The notes beneath the pieces are model-generated. The model was not told the origin of the DNA. It ran no database searches and worked only from the letters and a program-made list of their open reading frames with translations. This document shows, piece after piece, positions 41,401 through 54,672 of a stretch of DNA of 64,000 nt. Position 1 is the stretch's first letter; every line of letters starts with the position of its first letter. Both the position numbers and the translations under genes were made by a program. The stretch is taken from NCBI RefSeq assembly GCF_003918875.1, contig NW_025766747.1, positions 1,116,001-1,180,000 on the forward strand, in the 5' to 3' direction. Source of the stretch: Haliotis rubra. Taxonomy: Eukaryota.

Positions 41401-44400
41401 CTTGAAAAATACAAATACAGGTATTAGTTTCACAGCTACCTTGAAAGTAGTTTTCCATATTTCACGGTAACATTACAAAGATTGCAGTGAAAGATGGAAA
41501 TTGTTACCTTCTCTTCCGTTGTTACATCATGAGTTATGGCATCAATGATGACATCGAGTTTGTGGTGGAACTCGGCGGGATCAATATCTTCACTTCTCAC
41601 ACAGGCGAGGACACTGCTGCTTAGCCGCTGTGAACCGAACACACAAAATGTCAGCCCGTGATGAAATATATCTCACGGACCTAACATCCGATTTCCAGAA
41701 GTAGTTCCAGTAGTTTATGAGTGTATCGACTACGTTTGTTGCTGCAAGGTGGTTAATCTATGTTGAGTAGTGTAATCTTATTCATCTAATCAACCAACAA
41801 TTGTCTTCAACACCTTGTCAGATTGCTTGTTTATTCATATTACCAACCCTTCTTGTCGTAATCATCGACTTACCCTGATGTGCTGGTATCTACTGAGTCT
41901 TTTCATGTCTGTCTTTTCCACAAATTCGCCTTTACAAATTGTCGAAAGGGATTCTAGGAAACTCTGCAATATTAAGAGCATATACATGCATCACAGTGTG
42001 AATATTATCACGGTAGACGAATTCAGTCATGACTGTACAGTATCCTATTAAAAATAATACAGGTAGGGTACATTGATCTCTCATACAGTTGTCTTCCATG
42101 GGGATAAAACAACAACCTAAACAATGTTTAAAGGGATGACAGAAAGTAAAAGTCTTACCTTATCCGCATTCCCTACCGGAATCCACACGATGGGTCCGGC
42201 CACAGCACATTTGAAGCCATCATGTCCTAGGTCATTGACTGAGGATATCACACATAGCTTGGCCTATCGTGAACAAACATAAATGTAATCACGATATGGT
42301 AATTGTTTCAACAATTTCTGTCTTAAAATGTTAGCTTTAAAAGATAATAGCAGTGATATGGTCTTGTAGGATGCATTTAAGCGCCTAATGAGCCATGCTC
42401 AGTCACCTGAACTAAAAGACTGTTTAGTTATTTATACAACATATAACCAAAATGTGAAATGTATACCTGCTCACATGGACGCGTTCCGTCTTCCATGTGT
42501 ACCTCGCCTTCGACCGTAGCTAAACCATCAGTGATGAAAATTATTCTTGGAGTCGTTTTTATCCCGCCAAAATTGCAAATTCCGCCTTAAAAGAACATAA
42601 AAGCTAAATACATCGTTGTTCAGTGTCGTTTAGACCGGATAACAATACTTCATGTGTATGTTCTTGTGTTAGTCGATGACAAGATTAAAGCAAACTAATG
42701 AGTTTTCGTAGGTCTATACATGATCCTAACATGAAGAACGTACATACAACTGCTTGTACGTTCATGTGGAGTGTAGCATTAGAATTAATCTGCAACAACC
42801 CATGCTTGTCATAGGATGCGACTGACGGGGTCGGGTGGTCAGACTCACTGACTTGGTTGACACATAGATGATAAAATTACAAATATGATACATATTTTTT
42901 ACTTTTATCAACGAGTGTTGACATAATTGGTATCAGTAGACACGAGGGTGAGATTCCATTTATCATCAAAAATCACTCTTCTTTACTTTTCAATGAAAAT
43001 GTACATCTCTGAACACTGTACATGTACTACCATTAGACTTACAGTGCAGAGATGTCATGGCATTGTGACGTCATCAAGGTCATGACCTCATAGCATTGTC
43101 AGGGCTTTGCACAAATCTACTGTCAAAACCATATCCCCTAGGAGATATCTTATGATCTCACACAAGTAATATGTCCTGTGGAACATGGTTTTGGATGATA
43201 AATGTCACTGTGTCCCACTCACATAGATCGGTGCCCATGATGTCGATTACTAGATCACCATTTCCAGACCCCCTCCGTATATCTGGAATATTGCTGCTGG
43301 TGGCGTTAAACAACAAACACACCAACAAAACTGGGGGAGTACATACCATTCCTTGCACCAATTCATACATACGGACAGGAACATGTCGATGCCGTACATG
43401 CCATTCCTTGCACCAATTCATACATACGGACAGGAACATGTACAATGCCGCTCTTAGTGGATGCTTGTTGATCATTGGGAGACTAGCACTTCACCTACCC
43501 CTGACAAGACAAGACAAGGCTACGACGAGACCTTGGAGAAGAGGAGTTGTCCCATGTGCTTCCAGTCCATCTTTAAGTAAAGCAAACGATGCGATGCCAC
43601 TAAGGACAAGCGTAGAGGTTATAAAATCACATTGAATGTAAATATACTAAATTATGACCTCAATGACGAGAAACGTTATCAGTGTTACTTGTTACATGAC
43701 ACGCTAAATGACAGCAGGGTGCAAAGTATTTAATTGCGTGCTGTATTATATTTGGCTGTGTTGAGATTATGTTGCCGTTTTCGTTTGTTCTATTTTATGT
43801 GATAAACCATACCCCATTAACATATCGTATTGACGTCCACGTACCTATACAGTCACGCAACGATTCATAGTCATTTGTCAGGTGATGGGCAATTCTTGCT
43901 GTGCCCCCAAACGTAACCAGAGCCACATTTTCCTCAATGGAGTGTTCTTCTGCTATGTCCTCAATTCCTGTTTCAAAACATACAAGATTTAGACGATTTG
44001 GACACTTACCTGTTATAAATACTATGTCATAAAGACATGAAATCTCATAATCGATTCTTATATGTATTCATATATGACTACATTTGCTTTAAAGATGCCG
44101 GGGATGAGTTTTCTGTTGATAAATTCCCATCACCTCAAAACGTCTGTATACATACCATCGATGAGTTCTCGGGCAGTTTTCTTCAGTTCTATCAGTGCAT
44201 CCCCCCTCATACTGCCGGACGTGTCGAGACAAAGAACGGTGTCTAACCCTAGAGCTTTAGGAATGCCTTCAGAATCACCTGCTGCAATGAACATTGGACG
44301 ACATAGACGACTTGTGCAGCTCAGTGAAAATTAATGTAAAACAGTTCGGATACACAATAGAAAATACTGTTGGAGAAATAGCCACGCAAAGTATCACTTT

Positions 44401-47400
44401 AAAAAATCATCAGGTATTACAATGAGATGTAATAGCTATTTCATCACAAATATTCAGTGAATAAACTAGGATGAATATTAGGGACACCCCGCAATGTAGA
44501 AGTCGGCCTACTCGGTACCTACAATATCTGTTTCATGTTCCGTTAGCATTGATGCAGACACGAAATCCTGGTTTCCATATACCAAATGCCATACTGAAAT
44601 CGTTCGTCGTAACGTTCTTCTTGTACACCTTTCTCAGCCCATTGCAAATTCCACCCGTAGATCGATGCTCATGCACTTGATTGTCTGGTCCAGACTCGAT
44701 TATTTATCGACCATATAGTTTGAATATTGCTGAGTGCGGCGTAAAACCTAACTCACTCATGTTGCAAACTCTGCGAAATTCTGAGGTCGACAGCCAACCA
44801 TTCCACCAACATCATCTTTGAGACATGGCTGGCTATGACAATGCTATGACAATACTGTAACAATGCTATGACAATGCTGTGACAATGCTATGACAATACT
44901 GTATGACAATGCTATGACAATGCTGTAACAATGCTATGACAATGTAACTGCTGACAATGCTATGACAATACTGTAACAATGCTATGACAATGCTGTGACA
45001 ATGGAATGACAATGCTATTCTCACCTGCGTCAGACAGTCGAGTGCAGCATGACGTATGTCGTCATCCCGGAACCATAACCTACATTCTGACCGACGTACT
45101 TGGCAAAAATGACGAACTCGGGATGAAAAGTGTAAACCTCCATTCCTCAAAAACATGGTGTATCCCAAATGTAGGTGTTGATGACCTCCACAGGGGGCGG
45201 GGGCGTAGCCTAGTGGTTAAAGCCTTCGCTCGCTACGCCGAAGGCCGGGTTCGATTCCCCATAAGGTTACAATGTGTGAAGCCTAATTCTTGTGTGCCGC
45301 GCCGTGATATTGCTGTAACATTGCTAAAAGCGGTGTAAACCATACTCACACACTAACGTTGATGACCATCGACTTGATGTGCCAACTGTTGTCAAAGGCG
45401 CCTGGGTAACACAATCACTCTTTTCTATGGAAGAGCTTCTATACCCATTCATTGTAACCAAATAAACTATGCGAGATCAGTAACCAGGATGTATCACCGT
45501 GGACTGCTTCATATTACATTTGTAATTTGCAAATTTTAACCAGTAAGGTAATTTCATTCTTATTGCTGGAATGACAGGAGTTCACTAAATTATATATTAG
45601 ATCCAAACATAAACACGATACCACACATAAGCTTAGAATAATGTATTACATACTTTACATCACTGACATGAGAAAAATAAGGATTTCCTGAAAAATGAAG
45701 TTTAAAATAAGAGCATGTTTTGACACATACCGCTGGTTATTGCCTCTTCATATGCACCCATCATTCCATCCAAAACACTAGTTGCACCAGGAATGTTTTC
45801 AAGGATACTCCGATATTCTGTCATCTGTCGCATACTCTCCAAGAAAGAATCCGTGACAGCTCTCCCTTCCTTAGTCACGCCAGTGTCAAACCTTCCCCTG
45901 GATATAATTAAAAACTGAAGTTCATGATATCCAGGATATGCTATGACCCGCATGCAATAAAGAAGTCACCGACGAAAACAAACGTCGATAATTTACACAT
46001 TAATGCTCTCACATTATACACAAATTATGTGACAGTTATTATCTCATTGTACACACCCCTTGGCCAGTTTCGACAGCGTCTCCCTGTTGTCCCGTCTCAT
46101 TGTGACTAGCATACTCTTTAAGTCTGTAACATCAGGTACATTCACAGATGCCAGTCTCCCCATTCCTTGACAAAGCAGTTCAGAACTGGAATTTCTCCCA
46201 TGGGGTTGTCTCTTAGCACGGTGTTCAACGTTTGACGGTTCCTTGGGACTGTTTTCAGCTGAAGTGTCTTTCGCAAAATTATCCTTTTCTGGTTGCTTTT
46301 TCAAACCATCCTCTTTCCCTACTGATGATATATGTGTCTGTGCATTTGTAGTGAGCCTGTCTGCTAATTCAGGCTCTGGTTCCGTGTTTGTAGCCCTAAG
46401 ATTGCATTGTGCAAGGTCTGATGTTACACCATGCTGTTGGGAGCTGGCACATCTGTCAAGATTCGACAATTCCTCCTGATTACTTGTGTCTTTGGTGAAT
46501 TCATTTTCGTGGTCGTTGTCTGCTGATAAAGTTCCAATGTGTATGATGCTTCTCATTCCACCTGGGTAGACAGAACCAGAACTCATGTCTCTAGCACTAA
46601 AATCCAGACCAGTAACGATGTCCTGTTTTGTTACACTGCCATCCACTGCGGTACAGCTGGCTTCACTCCCTTCAAGAGCCATCTCCTCAACGGATGGCGT
46701 GCTACCTTCGATATAGTCTAAGACACGTATTAATGTAGCTTTAATGTTCTTGATTTGTTCCCTATGAGCAACATCATGCTCTGTCAAGAGTTCTCTCTGG
46801 CTTGATATTTCTTCCTCTATCAATGCAAACCTTTCATGAAGCGGTTGTTGTTGTACCGATTGAGTACCCGGAGTACTACAGAATAAGACATATATTGATA
46901 TAAGTACACCACGTGAGTACTACAGAATAAGACATATATTGATATAAGTACACCACGTGAGTACTACAGAATAAGAAATATATTGATATAAGAACAACAC
47001 GTGCAAAACGCCATTCATATCAACCTTATTTGATGCAAAATTGTACATGTTGTCTTGAAAAGTAGTATTACTTGTTAAATGTAACATTTATAACTATATG
47101 AAGTAGATGTAGATTCTTTGATATAGTGAGTATTCAAACATGTCAGCCACTGCATGGCGTGGTTAGGTACTTAAATACAGTCACGTGTTTGAACATGTTT
47201 CTGCAGTGAAAAACCATTCTATTGACCCGAGGAGCATGGTGGCTAGGTCGTCACTGGCGCTCACAATAGACGTGTAATGTTGCAATGGTTTCACCTAACC
47301 GGTGAACATTTCAGGTGCACAGAGCGGATTGAACATCACGCTGATATAAATGGCATACTGGTCCGATGGTCAGTAAACTCAACTCATCCACTCACAATAA

Positions 47401-47846
47401 TACTTCACCTTTTGGTTCGTCTATCAAATCTTTCTCCACTCTGGTTGAAACTGTGAAAGAATGTGGTACAGGGCACTGTGTACTGTCCATCTGATTTCAG
47501 TGCTACGTTGATGTCTGACTTCAATGACACGCAGCTACATACAAACTTTCTTAGCAGTCTGAAAAATTCATCTGATCTCTCGGGAAATGGTGTTCTTCTC
47601 GGATGCCGGAAAGTAAAATGTAGAGGCGGGGATCTCACTGCAACCAGTCTAACGTTAATTGTTTCATAAACTTCACTGACAAAAGAGTACAGATGTTTCT
47701 TTTCCTGAATGACTCGTCTGCAGAATTCGTCTTCAACAGAACTGTTGTCTTTCGTTGGTTTTAACTCAACTGTTGACGTCACCGCTTCCTCAGGCTCTTC
47801 CCAGTGCAGACATGCTAGTAGTTCCCCTGTTGTGAAGGAAATCACT
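38451..47846 (-). CDS. Paralogue C: multi-exon gene, N-terminal unannotated domain - VWA - 2x MIB/HERC2 - WWE protein (start exon probably ~48050-48080, uncertain)
   Basis: Exons (approx.): 47846-47409 (N-domain), 46875-46057, 45898-45731, 44280-44156 (DTVLCLDTSGS), 43967-43845, 43570-43500 (GTTP), 42585-42467 (RIIFITDG), 42263-42159, 41963-41874, 41627-41508, 41400-41202 (LPPLGTRVERGPDWKWGNQDADGPGTV), 40935-40791, 40314-40226, 40095-40025, 39897-39830, 39216-39054 (YVWQRSDDGTTWHNY, WWE), 38788-38719, tentative terminal exon 38458-38451. Confidence 0.85.
40530..40693 (+). mobile_element. tRNA-derived SINE (family 1)
   Basis: GGGGTCGCCTTGTGGTTAAAGGG...GGTTCGATTCCCCACATGGGTACAA...CACTCACTCA, matching the 12075 copy. 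Confidence 0.85.
42795..43325 (+). mobile_element. SINE family 2 sequence interrupted by an unrelated ~290-bp insertion
   Basis: A SINE 5' part (CAACCCATGCTTGTCATAGGATGCGACT...TTGGTTGACACAT, to ~42865) and a 3' part (~43200-43320, ...GGAATATTGCTG...GGCGTTAAACAACAAAC) flank a different AT-rich segment. Confidence 0.5.
44833..45016. repeat. 11-bp microsatellite-like repeat (CTATGACAATG)
   Basis: About 16 degenerate copies. Confidence 0.9.
45192..45356 (+). mobile_element. tRNA-derived SINE (family 1)
   Basis: GGGGCGGGGGCGTAGCCTAGTGGTTAAAGCCTTCGCTCG...GGTTCGATTCCCC...TTGCTAAAAGCGGTGTAAACC. Confidence 0.85.
46871..47002. repeat. 44-bp x3 tandem repeat spanning a splice acceptor of gene C
   Basis: GAGTACTACAGAATAAGACATATATTGATATAAGTACACCACGT at 46871, 46915 and 46959. 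Confidence 0.9.
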
Positions 47847-49234
47847 GGAGAATATATGCAACAAATAGTCGAGTTTGCAGAAACATGCAAAAACAGGAAG
47901 GGTGGTGATTGTTATAAAAGTCCCATTATATAACAAACTGTCAATTAGAGGACATGTATAACACTATTCGTGTGTTGTTTGTTTATTGGTTAGCGCCGCA
48001 CTCAGCAATATTCCAGCAATATGGAGGCTGTCTATAAATAATCGACACTATATGCATTGTGCATCACGTTGACAGCCATTTCCCATTAGTACCTGTAGTT
48101 TTAAATATTTTCTTTCTTGTTTACACAGCACAACAACGATAGCTGATTAATTCTCATACGTTTCAGTAATGTATTTCTTAATTTCTTAAGCTTTTTCACT
48201 ACAAAGGTTTACAGTTTAACACGTCAGTACTGAATACTATTTTCAATAGCATGACTGTGCACATGCTTATCGCACATTTGAATTAGAAAGGTCAGCTTAT
48301 CATCAGTTAGGCACACATAAAAGAACCCACTCGACAAAACTGCAATTCGTTATTTATGGTAACAGCTGCATGCACGGTCTAAAAATATTTATTTGAAAAA
48401 GTGGAACCGGATCGGAAAACAAGCAGCATGTTGCTGATCTGAATACCGCTCCGAGATGCAAATACAAAACAAAATAACTATAGTTTTCTGCGTATAACAT
48501 TTAAACTACTTGTGTCGGAAAGTAATATAGAGTGCTACAACACAAATGTGGCTGGCAATACAATGAAAGAATGCCATTGGATAGATTCTAATATTTCAGG
48601 ATTATCATTAGTAGATCCATTTGAGTAGCCGAATAGGAATTAATAATCAAGTCATATCCCTTAGCATAAAGGTACATTCTAGTTCTTATACCATTGCATG
48701 TGCTTGAGATACACTAATATAATCTGTGTTGCTATGCGTGTGTTACATGTGTTAGTGATAGGGACATATAAGGACAAATATGTAGATCTGCAAGAAACAT
48801 TGACATATTTTGGTTGCTTTCATTTGCAGACAAATACAGTACGTTCCTGCACGGTAACAATAGAGGAATGTGTTTACTAATCACACACTTGTCATGTACT
48901 ACATATGCACTATAATATAGACATTATTCTTTTCAAATATAGTCGGTTATTAGTGCAGGTTTATAATCATGATCAACATATTTTATCAGTGACCTACTGC
49001 CACAGAAACAAGAAATTATGTTGCCCAAACTTCATGATATAAGACTCATTCAGTAAATATAACAAATGTGTATTGATTGACTAATTTTCATTTGGTGGAA
49101 AATGACCGTAAATCTCATCATCTTTCCACATCAAGTAATTTCCGTCATACATGTTAGTCACAGAATCTCATACAGTGTCAGTGTGTGTGCCCTTCAGTCC
49201 TCACTTTCATTTTGAGATATGATCAGGAAGTATA

Positions 49235-51300
49235 TGAGTATAATGTGTTTACAGGAGTAAGAGTTAAATGTGTTTACACGTGCAAGAGCATAATGTGTAT
49301 ACAGGAGTAAGTGTATGATGTGTTTACAGGAGTAAGAGTTAAATGTGTTTACACGTGCAAGAGCATAATGTGTTTACAGGAGTAAATGTATGATGTGTTT
49401 ACAGGAGTAAGAGTTAAATGTGTTTACACGTGCAAGAGCATAATGTGTTTACAGGAGTTAGTGTATGATGTGTTTACAGGAGTAAGAGTTAAATGTGTTT
49501 ACACGTGCAAGAGCATAATGTGTATACAGGAGTAAGTGTATGATGTATTTACAGGAGTAAGAGTTAAATGTGTTTACACGTGCAAGAGCATAATGTGTTT
49601 ACAGGAGTAAGTGTATGATGTGTTTACAGGAGTAAGAGTTAAATGTGTTTACACGTGCAAGAGCATAATGTGTTTACAGGAGTAAGTGTATGATGTGTTT
49701 ACAGGAGTAAGAGTTAAATGTGTTTACACGTGCAAGAGCATAATGTGTTTACAGGAGTAAGTGTATGATGTGTTTACAGGAGTAAGAGTTAAATGTGTTT
49801 ACACGTGCAAGAGCATAATGTGTTTACAGGAGTAAGTGTATGATGTGTTTACAGGAGCAAGAGCACAATGTGTTTACAGGAGTAAGTGTATGATGTGTTT
49901 ACAGGAGTAAGAGTTAAATGTGTTTACACGTGCAAGAGCATAATGTGTTTACAGGAGTAAGTGTATGATGTGTTTACAGGAGTAAGAGTTAAATGTGTTT
50001 ACACGTGCAAGAGCATAATGTGTTTACAGGAGTAAGTGTATGATGTGTTTACAGGAGTAAGAGTTAAATGTGTTTACACGTGCAAAGAGCATAATGTGTT
50101 TACAGGAGTTAGTGTATGATGTGTTTACAGGAGTAAGAGTTAAATGTGTTTACACGTGCAAGAGCATAATGTGTATACAGGAGTAAGTGTATGATGTATT
50201 TACAGGAGTAAGAGTTAAATGTGTTTACACGTGCAAGAGCATAATGTGTTTACAGGAGTAAATGTATGATGTGTTTACAGGAGTAAGAGTTAAATGTGTT
50301 TACACGTGCAAGAGCATAATGTGTATACAGGAGTAAGTGTATGATGTGTTTACAGGAGTAAGAGTTAAATGTGTTTACACGTGCAAGAGCATAATGTGTT
50401 TACAGGAGTAAGTGTATGATGTGTTTACAGGAGTAAGAGTTAAATGTGTTTACACGTGCAAGAGCATAATGTGTTTACAGGAGTAAGTGTATGATGTGTT
50501 TACAGGAGTAAGAGTTAAATGTGTTTACACGTGCAAGAGCATAATGTGTTTACAGGAGTAAGTGTATGATGTGTTTACAGGAGTAAGAGTTAAATGTGTT
50601 TACACGTGCAAGAGCATAATGTGTATACAGGAGTAAGTGTATGATGTGTTTACAGGAGTAAGAGTTAAATGTGTTTACACGTGCAAGAGCATAATGTGTT
50701 TACAGGAGTAAATGTATGATGTGTTTACAGGAGTAAGAGTTAAATGTGTTTACACGTGCAAGAGCATAATGTGTTTACAGGAGTAAGTGTATGATGTGTT
50801 TACAGGAGTAAGAGTTAAATGTGTTTACACGTGCAAGAGCATAATGTGTTTACAGGAGTAAATGTATGATGTGTTTACAGGAGTAAGAGTTAAATGTGTT
50901 TACACGTGCAAGAGCATAATGTGTTTACAGGAGTAAGTGTATGATGTGTTTACAGGAGTAAGAGTTAAATGTGTTTACACGTGCAAGAGCATAATGTGTT
51001 TACAGGAGTAAGAGTTAAATGTGTTTACAGGAGTAAGAATATGATGTCTTTACACGAATGAGAGTATACTGTGTGTAGGAGTAAGAGTTAAAATTTACAC
51101 GAGTAAAGTAAAAATATAATGTCTTTACACGAGTAAGAGTTAAATGTGTTTACAGGAGCAAGAGTATGTTGTGTTTACAATGGTAAGAGCTAAATGTGGT
51201 TACACGAGTAAGAGTTAAATGTGCTTACATGAGTAAGAGTTAATTGTGTTTACACGGATAAAAGTAAAATGTGTTTACACGAGTAAGAGTTGAATGTGCT
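49235..51300. repeat. Satellite with a 25-bp monomer organised as a 75-bp trimer higher-order repeat
   Basis: TGTGTTTACAGGAGTAAGTGTATGA / TGTGTTTACAGGAGTAAGAGTTAAA / TGTGTTTACACGTGCAAGAGCATAA. The GTGCAAGAGC marker recurs every 75 bp; monomers degenerate after ~51030. Confidence 0.97.
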
Positions 51301-52379
51301 TATATACATACACAATACCTGAATGGATGGAAGACCTATGGCGTGTACGAACCTGTTTGACCTGTGCCTCGCTCAAGAAAACACTCGTTAAAGAATACAT
51401 CCACTACAACATGTGAGGGGTCATCTGTAATCACCTGTCCATTGAGGGTGCATCGAATATGTAGGTCTCCCATGGCAATCTACAAACAATCATTTGTGAC
51501 AAAATAATACAATCGTAAGGTTATAATTAAGTATAAGTACCATATGGGGGCAGACACTGTTATCATTCTTTATTCAATATAACTGCAGATGCTGTAGAAA
51601 TAGAAGCATAAACATATATGAATATGCATGTAGTTGTACTAGCCCTTGTGCTTGTGCGAGAAGCCCCGACTTACTATCATGTGATCAACTGAGCAAGTCG
51701 TTGTCATGTTACTAAATATAGATTTAGGCGACACTGGTACCGAGCTTATCAAACATGTGATTGTTACTTTAAAATCGATATGTTTGCCTATCAAGGAACA
51801 AGGATAGAAGGCGTACTTATCTGCACGTATTCATTCAGTTTGCAGTCTTCCAACACACTTGCCAGTGGTACTTATATCCTCGATCTTGCTAAATATAGAC
51901 ATGACATGGCGTACATGACCTGATCACCCACACGGCAGATATCTGTATACAACTAACTTGCCAGTGGGTTACGTCCCCTTAGTTGAATATCACAGGATCA
52001 CTCGGCTCGAACTGTTCAATATCCACTCAAGTGTCAGCTTGTGTATGTTGGTAATGAAATTCAAGATCTATGTTCACCAAGGTATTGCCAAGGACGCGTG
52101 TGGTTCCTACATTTGATTTCTGACTTATAAATGTGTTTGCAAAGCATACATACTGGTTCATTGTTTTGTTTCAATAGTCACAATTCATACAAGTATAATC
52201 TTTTGTATAACAACGACCTCCCATTAGAGAGATTATCAATATGACAACTGATATTTTATCATACAAATTGCTTCATTCAAGTCACAGAGTCAATAAGTAA
52301 ATATGACTCTACATATATTCTTAATATCACCAGCTTATAAGGTACTGACAGGTGTATGGGCTGAGAATCTTCCTTCCAC

Positions 52380-54672
52380 AACACTGTGGTTTACTACCAA
52401 GTCTACTGGTTGTGTCTCCCGTCTAGGACACCGTGGTTTACTACCAAGTCTACTGGCTGTGTCTCCCGTCTAGGACACTGTGGTTTACTACCAAGTCTAC
52501 TTGCTGTGTCTATCGTCTAGGACACTGTGGTTTACTACCAAGTGTACTGACTGTGTTTCCCGTCTAGGACACTGTGGTTTACTACCAAGTGTACTGACTG
52601 TGTCTCCCGTCTAGGACACTGTGGTTTACTACCAAGTCTACTGGCTGTGTCTCCCGTCTAGGACACTTCGGTTTACTACCAAGTGTACTGGCTGTGTCTC
52701 CCGTCTATGACACTGTGGTTTACTACCAAATGTACTGGTTGTGTTTCCCGTCTAGGACACTGTGGTCTAGGACTACCAAAGTGTACTGTGTCTCCCGTCT
52801 AGTTTACTACCAGGTGTACTGACTGTGTTTCCCGTCTAGGACACCGTGGTTTACTACCAAGTGTACTGGCTGTGTCTCCCGTCTATGACACTGTGGTTTA
52901 CTACCAAGTGTACTGGCTGTGTTTCCCGTCTATGACACCGTGGTTTACTACCAAGTGTACTGGCTGTGTTTCCCGTCTAGGACACCGTGGTTTACTACCA
53001 AGTGTACTGGCTGTGTTTCCTGTTTAGGACACTGTGGTTTACTACCAAGTGCACTGGCTGTGTTTCCCGTCTAGGACACTGTGGTTTACTATCAAGTGTA
53101 CTGGCTGTGTCTCCCGTCTATGACACCGTGGTTTACTACCAAGTGTACTGGCTGTGTCTCCCGTCTAGGACACTGTGGTTTACTACCAAGTGTACTGGCT
53201 GTGTTTCCCGTCTAGGACACAGTGGTTTACTACCAAGTGTACTGACTGTGTCTCCCGTCTGCCACTGTGTCTCCCGTCTGCCACACACCGTGATTTACTA
53301 CCAAGTGTACTGTCTGTGTCTCCCGTCTGCCACACTGTGCTTTACTGCCAGGTGTACTGTCTGTGTCTCCCGTCTGCCACACTGTGATTTACTACCAAGT
53401 GTACTGTCTGTGTCTCCCGTCTGCCACACTGTGATTTACTACCAAGTGTACTGTCTGTGTCTCCCGTCTGCCACACTGTGCTTTACTGCCAGGTGTACTG
53501 TCTGTGTCTCCCGTCTGCCACACTGTGCTTTACTGCCAAGTGTACTGTCTGTGTCTCCCGTCTGCCACACTGTGATTTACTACCAAGTGTACTGTCTGTG
53601 TCTCCCGTCTTTACTGTGGTTTACTAGGTGTACTGTCTGTGTCTCCCCGTCTGCCACACTGTGCTTTACTGCCAGGTGTACTGTCTGTGTCTCCCGTCTG
53701 CCACACTGTGTGTCTGTTTACTGCCAGGTGTACTGTCTGTGTCTCCCGTCTGCCACACTGTGCTCCCAAGTGTACTACTGTCTGTGTCTCCCGTCTGCCA
53801 CACTGTGATTTACTGCCAGGTGTACTGTCTGTGTCTCCCGTCTGCCACACTGTGCTTTACTGCCAGGTGTACTGTCTGTGTCTCCCGTCTGCCACACTGT
53901 GCTTTACTGCCAGGTGTACTGTCTGTGTCTCCCGTCTGCCACACTGTGCTTTACTGCCAGGTGTACTGTCTGTGTCTCCCGTCTGCCACACTGTGCTTTA
54001 CTGCCAGGTGTACTGTCTGTGTCTCCCGTCTGCCACACTGTGCTTTACTGCCAGGTGTACTGTCTGTGTCTCCCGTCTGCCACACTGTGCTTTACTGCCA
54101 GGTGTACTGCCGTCTGTGTCTCCCGTCTGCCACACTGTGCTTTACTGCCAGGTGTACTGTCTGTGTCTCCCGTCTGCCACACTGTGCTTTACTGCCAGGT
54201 GTACTGTCTGTGTCTCCCGTCTGCCACACTGTGCTTTACTGCCAGGTGTACTGTCTGTGTCTCCCGTCTGCCACACTGTGCTTTACTGCCAGGTGTACTG
54301 TCTGTGTCTCCCGTCTGCCACACTGTGCTTTACTGCCAGGTGTACTGTCTGTGTCTCCCGTCTGCCACACTGTGCTTTACTGCCAGGTGTACTGTCTGTG
54401 TCTCCCGTCTGCCACACTGTCTGCCAAACTGTGATTTACTGCCAGGTGTACTGTCTGTCTCCCATCTGCCACACTGTGCTTTACTGCCAGGTGTACTGTC
54501 TGTGTCTCCCGTCTGCCACACTGTGCTTTACTGCCAGGTGTACTGTCTGTGTCTCCCGTCTGCCACACTGTGCTTTACTGCCAGGTGTACTGTCTGTGTC
54601 TCCCGTCTGCCAAACTGTGATTTACTGCCAGGTGTACTGTCTGTCTCCCATCTGCCACATTGTGATTTACTA
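52380..54672. repeat. 47-bp satellite with two adjacent subfamilies
   Basis: GACACTGTGGTTTACTACCAAGTGTACTGGCTGTGTCTCCCGTCTAG (to ~53250), then CACACTGTGCTTTACTGCCAGGTGTACTGTCTGTGTCTCCCGTCTGC. Confidence 0.97.

Noticed and set aside
45025-45079. Exon-like segment with AG/GT ends in a gene C intron
   Set aside because: It contains a TGA in the phase required by the flanking exons, so it was left out of the model.
51315-51480. Exon-like minus-strand segment between the satellites
   Set aside because: It has only a ~45-codon ORF with no homology I can support. It might be a 5'UTR exon of C but cannot be called from sequence alone.
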